Made by a program: the position numbers and the translations under genes. Of a stretch of 38,023 nt of DNA, positions 10,700-20,899 are shown one piece after another. The notes under the pieces were generated by a model. That model had not been told where the DNA came from. It saw nothing but the letters and a program-made list of their open reading frames with translations, and made no database searches. Positions within the stretch are counted from its first letter, which is position 1. Every line of letters begins with the position of its first letter. This DNA comes from Octopus bimaculoides (taxonomy: Eukaryota): contig NC_068993.1 in assembly GCF_001194135.2 (NCBI RefSeq), forward strand, positions 64,981,763 to 65,019,785, given 5' to 3'.

Positions 10700-11790
10700 A
10701 GGTAAGTTGTTGTTACCCCTGGTGGTGAACTAGCATATTTTTTGAGAAAAGCTTTAGATAAGATAAATCTATGGATTAAAGTAGTAGAAAGGCCAGGAAC
10801 ACCATAAAATCCCTGATCTGTAGAACTTAACCTTTCGATAGGACCCCATGTACAAGAAAACAATTTTATAATATGCAAGATGAACCCACAAGTTACCTGT
10901 AAGATTAGGGATGTAGTCTATAGCTTATGATGTACTGATGGACAGTGCAGAAAACAAAACAATTTACATTGCGGAGACAGCATGTAGCATAGAGGAGCAG
11001 ATAGGTGGACATTGGCGGGAGTTCAAAGAGGAGAAAAGCTCATCAGTGCTCTACCAACATGCTCAGTTAGAACATAGAGGCTTGGTTGATAACATAAAAG
11101 CAAGGCATCATCAATGCATAGAGCAGACATGAAATTTAGACTGATTATGGAAGCCACACACATGGTAATAGACAGGCCGAGCCTCAACAGAAAACATGAA
11201 TGGAACAATAACACCACCATACCATGCAACATGGTGACTAAAGACAGAAGGAAAATAAAAACAAAAAAAACATACAAACAGTATTATACATAAACTTATG
11301 TATGCAAACACAAAAGACACACATGCACATACTTATAATGAGATATAAGAAATAGAGATAAATAAGTAAATAATGAAAAAAGAACTATATAAAGATCATG
11401 GATACAAACATTACAGTAAGCAAACCCATAACACACACATACAAAAGACATAGACATGTGTACACACACAAACACTGATACAGACAGAAACGCATGTGCA
11501 GGTAAGCATATACATGATAGAGAGAGAGAATGAACTAAACAGAACAGAAGGGAACATATGGATGGAAGAGTTGCTGAAAAGGTCACAGATGTGTGACAAA
11601 ACGATTTCCAGACAGTGGTCAAAAAATAAAATAAGAACAATAATGAGTGAAGAACGAATATATAGTGTTTATTTGGCAAGGAAAAAAATGACTGTCCCAA
11701 AATATAATAATACCTCTGTGTGTATACAGAGAGAGAGAGGTGAGGAAAAGAGAAAGAAAGAGAGATACTGAAAGACATGACTGCAGATGT
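10700..11790 (+). mobile_element. Penelope-like element remnant (linker, GIY-YIG endonuclease and terminal repeat region)
   Basis: TPGGELA...IKVVERPGTP, TCKIRDVVYSL*C, IYIAETACSIEEQIGGH...SSVLYQH and RLIMEATHM...PSLNRKHEW fit the GIY-YIG layout. A CA/GA-rich tail with a hammerhead-like relic follows. Confidence 0.75.
11564..11615 (+). ncRNA. Degenerate hammerhead ribozyme relic
   Basis: CTGAAAA (cf. CUGANGA), then a perfect stem GTCACA-GATG-TGTGAC (11582-11597), then AAAAC (cf. GAAAC). It lies on the same strand as, and ~350 bp after, the Penelope endonuclease. Core nucleotides are mutated. Confidence 0.5.
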
Positions 11791-11819
11791 GTGTTCCACC
11801 CTAACTTTGTTTCCTTATA

Positions 11820-12233
11820 ACTCAAAAATGGATATGTGGCATTTGGTGAAAAAGGGAGTTTGATGTCACTACCCTCACTTGCACCTCCTGCCGTAAGGTA
11901 GGTTCATTCGGGACTCTTGACAAGAAGACATCCAGTTTTGATTTGAAAACACCTACATCCTCTTTGTGTAGGTCCCTCAGGCTCTTTGAGAGAATATTAA
12001 AAAGCTGTGGGCTCCTGAAACCCAGGCTGTTGCAGTAACTGGTCCTGAAGCACGACGGCATTGCTGGGATATTGGCACTGTGCAGTGTCGACCCGCCCTG
12101 GCATTTGTATAGCTTTCAATGCCAAAATTTGGCACAATCCCTTCCAAGATCTTCCAGATGTATATTACTGCATATCTCTCCCACCTTCACTCCAGGGAGT
12201 AGAGTCTTAGCTGTTTCAGCCTTTCCCAGTAGT
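11820..12233 (-). mobile_element. CR1/L2-type LINE, ORF2 C-terminal fragment
   Basis: YWERLKQLRLYSLE*RWERYAVIYIWKILEGIVPN...NSLGFRSPQLFNIL...FKSKLDVFLSRVPNEP...SNSL. Confidence 0.8.
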
Positions 12234-12669
12234 ATCAGTGGTGCTTCTACTGAGCACAAAACCAAACTGCATCTCATCTAAGCAGACTCTCTCCCTAATT
12301 AGTTGGGGTGTGACCCTCTCCGTGACCTTCATCACCTAACCCAGCAGTTTGATACCCCTGTAGTTATTTCTATCTAAAGTGTCACCTTCACCTTTGTAGC
12401 AGTTGACTATGGTGCTGCTACACCAGTCATTGGGTATGACTCCTTTGTGAACTACCGGGTTTACAATACACGTGACTAGACCATAACCGTCACCACCAGA
12501 TATTTTAAGCATCTCAGCAGTGATTCTTGGTGGGCTGAGGTCCTTTCCTGACTTCATATCCTTAATTGCTTTATCTACCAGAGTGTTATCTATTTGGGTA
12601 GCTAGTCCCACTATTGAGTCAATATTTGGCAGGCTCTCCTCCTCCCATTCATTCTCCACATTCAGCAGC

Positions 12670-12670
<1 letters not shown>
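12234..12670 (-). mobile_element. RTE-type LINE, RT N-terminal fragment
   Basis: IKDMKSGK...ITAEMLK...IPNDWCSSTIVNCYKGEGDTLDRNNYRGIKLL, continuing VMKVTERV...DEMQFGFVLSRSTTD. Confidence 0.88.
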
Positions 12671-12709
<39 letters not shown>

Positions 12710-12763
12710 GAAAAAGAAGCACCTGCTAAAGAACTTAAGAACAGAGTAGTAATGTATTTACAA

Positions 12764-12886
12764 GCAATTAAATATATGTCCGGTCATATAGTGACCAATG
12801 TTTCGCATCCATAAAACCTATAAGAGCTAGAGCTTTATAAATGCGAGACCATTGGTCACTCGACGACTGGACATATAATTAACTGC
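12764..12886. repeat. 123-bp imperfect inverted repeat (hairpin or palindromic MITE)
   Basis: Arms 12764-12815 and 12834-12886 match at 43/53 aligned positions, with an ~18-nt spacer. Confidence 0.85.
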
Positions 12887-12909
12887 TCACATGTATGTGT
12901 GTGTGTGTA

Positions 12910-13090
12910 TAGACATCATCATCATCCAGTATTTTAAATCTAGGTTTTGTCCTCGTTAATGGGGGTGGCCGGATCTACCTCAATGCCATAGCAACTGCCC
13001 TCACACCATCTCGCCCGGTTCTGGGCATCCTCCTTTTTCAAATCAACCCTCCCAATGTACTCCTCCACCTTTTCATCAGCCTACATATAC
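12910..13090 (-). mobile_element. 3' end of a second RTE-like LINE family with (GAT)n tail
   Basis: Minus strand reads ...EDAQNRARWCEG..., then GATCCGGCCACC...GGACAAAACC...CTGGATGATGATGATG. Confidence 0.6.
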
Positions 13091-13096
13091 ATGCTA

Positions 13097-13465
13097 TATG
13101 GTAAGAAGCTTGCTTCATAATCACATCATTCCACAATAAGTCCCACTGCATGGCACATTGGAGACAAGAAAATTCTACAACAGCCTTAGAGTGACCAAAA
13201 CCTTGTGTGTGGATCTGTTAGACAGAAATTGAAGAAAGTCTGTCGTGTGTGTGTGCGTCTTTATGTCTGCCTTCCACCCTCGCTTGACAACTAGTATTCG
13301 TATATTTACTACCCCGTAACCTAGCGGTTCGGCAAAAATAGTTCGATACAATAAATACCAGGCTTTAAAAAAATAATAAGTAGTGGGGGCGATTCAATTG
13401 ACTAAAAATTCGTCAAGGCGGTACTACACATGGTCGCAGTTTAATGACTGGAACGGTTAAAAGAT
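13097..13465 (+). mobile_element. Near full-length tRNA-derived SINE with internal TG microsatellite
   Basis: TGGTAAGAAGCTTGCTT head, central (TG)n, CCCCGTAACCTAGCGGTTCGGCAAAA, and an AATGACTGGAAC...AAAAGA end. Antisense fragments of the same family occur at 331-456, ~620-665, ~1265-1390 and ~13560-13645. Confidence 0.75.
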
Positions 13466-14739
13466 ATGTATACGCACGTGCGTACACGGGTTGGTTTGCA
13501 CGCACTCCACACGTCAACCGAATTTCCCTCTTTTAGTGTTAGTTAACCAAAAAACGGCATTAGAAGGCACTTGCTCAAGGTGTCGCAAAATAGGATCGAA
13601 CACGGAAGCAAGTGGTTGTGGAGTGAACATCTTGATTTCACACAGCTATGTCTATACCACGTCGTAACTGAGGAACAGAAGTAATTGGATTCAAGGTCTT
13701 AGAAGATTCAGTTGTATTTGTTTTACATTTACTGCTCACACTTTGACGGAATTGACGTTGCTTGTAGGAGAGGCGATCAGGAATTAAGTATGAGTCTTGT
13801 ATTAGGGCAGTGTTTCTCATAGAAGGGTGGAGGCTTGTGGGAATTGAAAAAGAGACCGAGGCACGGTTTTGTTTGATAGAATTAGATTGGTTTGAACTTA
13901 TTGAAGTTGTCCAAGATTGTGGCAAAGAACGAAGAATTACATGAATTCAGACTCTCTTTTGTCTTATCAAAAAAACAAAGATGTGGTGAATATAAAACTT
14001 CACTAATTCGTCTGTGAAGATAATATGTCAGTTTGAGAAGCTCTGCATGAAGGTATTGTTTTAATCTTTCTTAGATTAAATTTCTCTCCGACAAATGTAC
14101 TGTTTTGTGTGCCAGTGTAATAAATTATCCGTGGTGTCATATCGCCAAAGACTAGAGCTTTGGGCACACTTGTGTTCACATTCATGGAAAAATAAATTAT
14201 TTTATTCCTAGCCTCTTCGGTTGAGTGTTATAAGGCGAGAACAATTTTTCGAACAGGACAGAAAGGAAAGAATGTGTGCAAGAAGTGTCAATTAATCGAT
14301 CATTTCTGTTTTATTATGATAATCAGCCAACCTAACCGACCATATTCACTTCAAACCCAAAGCTATTTAATTTCCAAGTTTGGCCTTGACAAGTCAGTCT
14401 CAGTTATCCGCCCTTTCCACTTATCACTCGTCGATTAACAGTTCGAACCCTCAACCATTCGAGGCGATGTAAGTAAAACTTTTCCTCTCCCTTTTCTTTA
14501 TTCATTTTTAATTGCAACGTAATCTTCATTATTACATTCCCTATCACTCACACACTCTCTCTCTTTCTCGGTTTGTTTATAAGAAAGGGGGGAAATGCAC
14601 AAACTTTATTTAGGCTAATATTTACACAAAATGGGATTTAATGTTTACAACTTAAATTCGAGAAGGGGATTAGCGATGTATCCTTTGAGTTTATATATAA
14701 TAAATCGCAAAGGAAGAAAGAAATTATATGAAACCCCCT

Positions 14740-15245
14740 CTACAAAAAAAAATTGACGTCTGCAATGTTTAGATACTTTTTAATAAATGAGCTTATTTTT
14801 AATGTTCCGGCGGTGGACTGCAACTAATCTGTAAAGGGTGAAAGAGGAGGCAGAAAAACAGCAGTTAAGAAAGAAAGCAATGATGGTCAAAAGTAGTGCA
14901 GTGTAGACGGGATAAAACACTACTACAAGAGCGAAAATTGAGCAAGAAAAGGTGCAAAGGTCAAGAGTAACAACGTTGGTGAGACGACAACATTGTCCTG
15001 GGTAGTTTATTTCATACTTGGACAATGCTGAGTGTTTCTGAAAATCATGAGTGTTGCGCTGTTTATTTTATTGTTGTGTCCTCGGATGATTGGATACTGA
15101 CTTCAAAAAAGGTGCTAGACGACGAAGCTTTGTCTTGATATTCAGAGAAACAACGAGTAGTAAGACATGTTGCGATTTGGGACAAACTGCTAGACACACT
15201 TAAAAATCTGGTACGGTCACGCCCCTGATGCCTTTCACCAGGTTT
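14740..15245 (+). promoter_or_regulatory. Candidate promoter and non-coding first exon of the SOL/CAPN15 gene
   Basis: CRE-like TGACGTC (14754-14760) and ETS-like TTCCGG (14805-14810), then a purine-rich UTR-like tract, with possible donors near 15209 and 15241. The SOL ATG exon has a strong acceptor at 22941, so an upstream non-coding exon is needed. Its location here is inference. Confidence 0.35.
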
Positions 15246-16276
15246 CTACTGGAGCTATAAAAACAATATTATAATCTACTTCACCACTGTTCATACATCA
15301 ATGTTGTATATTCTGTTTGTTTTATTTTATAAGTTTTGTCATTGCTAACAAATGTGTGTGTGCTGGTATTTCCCACTATTTTCGTTTATTTTTTTAAATT
15401 GTCTTTTTAAAGATTTTAACGTGACTGGTGAAATACTTTGAAAACAAAGCTGTTTTCAAGATAAAATGCAATAAATATGTGTTTAAATTTAAAGGGTTCA
15501 ATTATAATTGTCAACATTTGGTGTGTTTCTGTTGCTTTCCTGTCGCAACGGAAAACAAAAACATTTAGTGAACTTGGATATTTTCCAGTGTCACAAATTA
15601 ATAACTCGTGGTACCCAACTGTTGTTTATACATACAAGTGTGTGTGTATATGTCTTTGTAAATTTGAGACCTACTGCTGTATTGTTCCTTTGTCCTTATT
15701 CTACCGTTTTCAGCATACCTATTAATGGCATTCCTGCCTCGGCTGCTATTTCTAGCAGTTCCGGCTACATCGTACTGGCTTCACGTTTGCTACTATTTCT
15801 ACTTGTTCCGTGGATATGTTATTTAACCCCAGGTTAGCAGTGCTTTGGCGGAAGTATGACCTAAGACGTTCCAGTTATGACCATCCCATTTATTATTCAG
15901 TAAAAGAAAAATCTTACAACACTTACATTTGCTGTGAGAAGTGAAAGAATTCATCTCGGTATCTTGTTCATTGAGAAAAAAAATTTTTTTCCAACAGAAA
16001 ACCCCCTTTTCGGCTCCAGGGAATACGAATCTGCAAAAAAATTGGCAAAAACTGACATTTCTAAATTACTCCCACCCCCAATTCCTTCATTTTGAAGTTT
16101 TTTCAGGATTTTTTCTTTCAAAATACACAGAAAAATACGGAGATTATGATTCTGAAAAAAAATTTCCAAAACTCTTTATAAAATTTTCTTTTAAGAATTT
16201 TATTTTCTAAATATGTGGAAGAATACAGACATTATGGTCCAGACAAAAATTTCAAAACATTTCTGTACTTACAGTT

Positions 16277-16314
16277 TTAGGGTTAGGGCTATGGTTTTAG
16301 GGTTAGTGTTGGGG
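16277..16314 (+). repeat. Short degenerate TTAGGG tract inside a probable interspersed repeat (~15940-16500)
   Basis: TTAGGG at 16277, 16283 and 16297, followed by TTAGTG and TTGGGG. Confidence 0.6.
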
Positions 16315-17085
16315 AAAACAGTCAAAATTGAAGAAGTTGGGGAAGAAAATTTCACAATGCCGATTTATGGTAATTTTCCTGAACCTCCGTATCCAAAAAC
16401 GGGGATTTTTGGCAAAAGAAATTTTTTAAATAAGCAAATTTGGGAGAAAATGGGGGGGGGGGCGGAAATCTTTACAAAATATCTTCGCAGAAAACAGCTT
16501 CAGGAGTTGTGAAGAAAGAATTTGTACGTAGTCTGTTACTGAGAACTATTCTATTGGACCTCTGCCTAATCACGTCTTTTAAGGTACACACACACATACA
16601 TAGAAAATGTGAGGTCATGGTAGAAGATTTTTGCGATAGTTGATTTATGGAAAAGATTATGTTAAATTTTTGAAATGCAAGTCTGTGAATGAAAATTAAG
16701 TTCAGACCTCTACATGGTAGGTAGACCTAGTAGAAATAGCAGCCAAATCTCCCTCAAAACACCTTACTGTATTAATGCAACAATTCTGCGTATAGTGTAG
16801 TTTGAATGAGAAATTGTAACTAAAGATGAAGATAATTAACCCCACAAAGAGGTGAAAGAAGAGAGGCAGCATAGCGACAGTTTTGGCTGTAGTCTCCTTG
16901 TTGCTGTGTGAGCAACTGGTTGTTTTAATGGCGTAACAAAGAGGGGATTTGCATTAGAAATAGTTTTAATCGATTTTCTCAGTAAGTATGGGGACTAGAA
17001 CAAAAATAGAAGAGGCATTAAGAAGTTGACATTAAGAATTGCTTTAACAGTTACAAAATGTTTGACATTTCAATCATCACCATTG

Positions 17086-18493
17086 AATGGTTAGTGAGAG
17101 CTGTGTGAGCCATGTACAGGGATGCTGTCAGTAGGGTGAGGGTTGGCAACGAGTACAGTGAAGAATTCTGGGTAGAGGTAGGGGTCCACCAAGGTTCAGT
17201 CCTCAGGCCCCTCCTATCTATCATAGTCCTCCAGGCAATAACACAGGAATTCAAGACAGGTTGCCCCTGGGAGCTCTTCTATGCTGATGACCTTGCTCTA
17301 ATTGCTGAGTCACTATCAGAACTAGAGAAGTTTCAGGTGTGGAAGCAAGGATTAGAATCGAAGGGCCTTAGAGTCAACCTAGCTAAAACTAAAGTCCTAA
17401 TAAGTAAAAAGATAGACAAACTACGAACCCCTTCAGGTAGATGGCCCTGCTTGATCTGTAGAAAAGGTATCTGTAGAAATTCTATAAGAAACTAAAAGTA
17501 GTTAATAGCTTCTATTACCTAGGTGACCAAGTCAGTGGTGAGGGGAGGGTGTGCTCTGAAAGTGCAGCTGCTAGAATAAGAATAGCCTGGGCAAAGTTCA
17601 GAGAGCTCCTACCTCTGCTGGTGACAAGGGGCCTCTTACTCAGAGTAAAAGGCAGACTGTATGACACGTGTATGAACAGCCATGCTACATAGCACTGAAA
17701 CATGGGCCGTGACTACTGAGGACATGTGTAAGCTCGCAAGGAATGAAGCCAGTATGCTCCGATGGATGTGTAATGTCAGTGTGCATGCTCGACAGAGGGT
17801 AAGTACCTTGAGAGAAAAGTTGGACCTAAGAAACATCAGTTGTGGTTGCAAGAGAGACGATTGCGCTGGTATATATTTGGCGAGAATAGATGAGGATAGC
17901 TGTATGAAAAAGTGTCACAGCCTTGCGGTTGAGGGTACCTGTGGATGAAGTAGACCCAGGAAGACCTGGGATGAGGTGGTGAAGCACGACCATTGAACAT
18001 TAGGCCTCACCGAGGCAATGACTTGTGATTGACAACCTTTGGAAATTGGCAGTGCGTGAGAAGACCCGGCAAGTCAAGTGAGACCATAATCCGAGGCCTC
18101 TGCCAGGGGTGTAGCCAGTCCACTTATGTGTACTTTTCCTTCATTGGACACTAAATTCTACGAAGACCTGTTGAGGCAAATGAAATCGATCCAAATTCAA
18201 TGACTGGCACCCATGCCAATCTCTCCTTCATTGGAAACTAAACTCGGCTTGCGAAGACCTGTTGGGGCAAGTGAAATCAGAATTGTGATTGAACCAAATT
18301 CGATGACTGGCACCTGTACCAGTGGAGCCCTAAGAGCAACGTCTGAGCGTGATCATTGCCAGAGCAGCAGTCTGGCTTCCGTGCCAGTGGCCCGTAAATA
18401 GCACCATTTGAGTGAGGTCATTACCAGCATCACCTTACTGGCACTTGTACTGGTGGCACGTGAAAAAACATTCAAGCGAGGTTGTTGCCAGTG
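17086..18493 (+). mobile_element. 5'-truncated RTE LINE (RT domains, C-terminus and 3' UTR)
   Basis: GVHQGSVLRPLL...ELFYADDL...GLRVNLAKTKV, then MLHSTETW...LRWMC and GRPRKTW. The UTR continues with GAGAAGACCCGGCAAG and internal repeats also seen at 37055-37590. Confidence 0.93.
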
Positions 18494-19200
18494 ACATAAA
18501 TAGTTATTATTCAAGCATACCCCCAATACTTCTAAATAAGGCTCTTATTTTTGCTAAAAATCACTCTCTTATTACTAGGAATAAAATCAATATTATTCTG
18601 TTAGCAAGAAGAACTATTATTGAATTTGATGGAAAACTTTGGACTAGGGCTGACACTCCAGACAACTCCGATATAGCAATGGGGTCGAGCGACTCTGCTG
18701 AAATTACAAATAGGCTATACCTCTTGTATAGCCTATATAAAGAAATCCCGGAGCTGCAGGGCAGTTTATACAGGGATAATGCCTTATTCATCCTCCCTAT
18801 TAACAATAAATCAATCATTGAAAGAATGAGAAAGAAAATTAGAAAATTTTTTAGAAGCTTCAACTTAAGTATTACGTATGAATATGGTACTAAGATAGTA
18901 AATTTTTTGGACACTACTCTAAACATAGACTCTAAATTGAAAGAACTGATCAGCTGTAAACACAATTTTCTTCTTTCACCTTTCCTTCTCTTTCCCATTT
19001 ACACTCCTTTCAGATACACGGGCACACACATGTACTCACTCACGGACGCACGCACACACTCTCTCACTTTTCCCCCCCCATTCCTCACCCTCTTTACTAT
19101 CCTATATATCTCTCTCTACCCTTACACAGTCAATAATATTATAAAAGGAGACAAATCCTCTGAAGAAAAATTAAATCTGGAGAATCTACAAGAATAGATG
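18494..19200 (+). mobile_element. Penelope-like element fragment (RT core followed by a terminal-repeat-like CT/CA tract)
   Basis: DINSYYSSI...AMGSSDSAEI...LYRDNAL...IVNFLDTTL matches the PLE RT motifs (DI..FY.SI, MGS..GAE, LYRDD, VNFLD). Confidence 0.82.
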
Positions 19201-19740
19201 CAAGCACTAATTTATAAAAACATGTGACATATTAAAACAAAATATGACAAATATACTTTTGTCATCTCTGAAGTTCAGAAATTGCAGGTTACTTTTAACC
19301 GCTCCATCTCATGTCTTCGTCTTCCACAGGTTCCATGTATATTGTTTGATTAGTGTTTCATTGTGCAGCTCTGTTTATTCATAAGCATTACATGACCATT
19401 CCAGTGTAGTCTTTAATGCCAACTATGTGCACTGAGTGCTTTTTGTATGCCAATGATACTAGTGTAAAATAGGCAGATAGAAAAAGACTAGGAGAAAATC
19501 CCCCCCGCTCCTGAGAGATGAAGGTGGAAGTGGGTCACTCTATGCCACATACTGACATATTACAAAGCATAAGGTGTCTTGCTATAGAGGAGATACATGG
19601 CTGCTTAAAAATTACTCAAGTGGTCCACAGTCAAAAATTGGGTCATCAGAAATGTGTGTATATTTTGTTCCCATTCAAATATACAGTAAACCACAATTTA
19701 AGTTAAAGAATACTCGACACATTTTATAAAACAGAAGTAT

Positions 19741-20205
19741 CAGTGCCCCTGGACTGGCTCTTGTGAGGGTGACACATGAAATTTTTCGAGCGAGATCATT
19801 GCCAGTGCCCCTGGGCTGGCTCCTGTGCGGGTGACACATGAAATTTTTCGAGCGAGATCGTTGCCAGTGCTCCTGAACTGGCTCTTGTGTGTGGCCGTCG
19901 TAGGATTTTCAAGTGAGATCGTTGCCAGTGACCCTGGACTGGCTCTTGTGCAGGTGGCACATGAAATGCACCATTTTGAGCGTGGCCGTTGCCAGTACTG
20001 CCTGACTGGCCTTCGTGCGGGTGACACGTAAAAGCACCCACTACACTCTCTGAGTGGTTGGTGTTAGGAAGGGCATCCAGCTGTAGAAACTCTGCCAAAT
20101 CAGATTGGAGCCTGGTGTAGCCATCTGGTTTCACCAGTCCTCAGTCAAATCGTCCAACCCATGCTAGCATGGAAAGCGGACGTTAAACGACAACGACGAC
20201 GACGA
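19741..20205 (+). mobile_element. RTE LINE 3' UTR and tail with a tandem ~62-bp repeat array
   Basis: Five CAGT-initiated units at 19741, 19803, 19865, 19926 and 19993, then the tail ...AACCCATGCTAGCATGGAAAGCGGACGTTAAAC with (GAC)n. The same tail occurs at 37465-37589. Confidence 0.88.
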
Positions 20206-20206
20206 G

Positions 20207-20254
<48 letters not shown>

Positions 20255-20899
20255 CGTGTATGATTTAGAGAAAACAAGCTTGTGCTGCATTATCAAAACT
20301 TCATGAAACCAGCCAGTTTCTGTTTACTAAATACATGATCTTTCTCTTCCATAAAGATCCCCTCCCTTCATTCATGGCTGCAGCCAGTATGGTATGACAA
20401 GTAGGCTATTTGGTGAATGTACTCTTAAGTTTAGCTCTAGCCAAGAATTGGGATAGGATTCAGGACACGTGTGTGTGTGTATGTATGTATGTAAAAAGGT
20501 TGAATTATATTAACTTTATTTTTTAACCCTTTTGTTATGTTTCTGTTGAAATGCACTACCATTATTTCTATTAATTTTTAAAATAATGAAGACTAGCAAA
20601 ATATTTTGTCATTTTAAGCTGGTGTTTGGAACATAAATGAATGTGAAATTCTGAGGAAAGGTTTCAATTTAGATCACTCTAAAACACAAGGGTTCTTATA
20701 ATAGAACCAAGAGCAGTCTCAGGCAGGTTGCTACCAAAAGGGTTAAAGATGAAAAATGCTTTAATATTTACATCTACACCCTATTTCAATTAATTTGATC
20801 TCCAATAATTAGGTATCTTGTTCATGGGGATATATATATGTGTGTGTGTGTGTATACACACACACACACACACACACACATACATACATACATACATAC

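Noticed and set aside
13638-14185. Minus-strand ORFs of 95 and 60 aa near the candidate promoter
   Set aside because: No recognisable family. Kept only as part of the promoter/lncRNA finding.
14780-15025. 81-aa hydrophobic minus-strand ORF resembling a small membrane protein
   Set aside because: It starts at TTG rather than ATG, and its hydrophobicity is the expected antisense reading of a purine-rich UTR-like tract.
18412-19197. 261-aa ORF that could look like a novel gene
   Set aside because: It is a chance in-frame fusion of RTE 3' UTR, a Penelope RT fragment and a CT-rich tract.
19741-20030. Regularly spaced ~62-bp repeats resembling a CRISPR array
   Set aside because: The whole unit is repeated with no unique spacers, there are no cas genes, and the context is a eukaryotic LINE 3' UTR.
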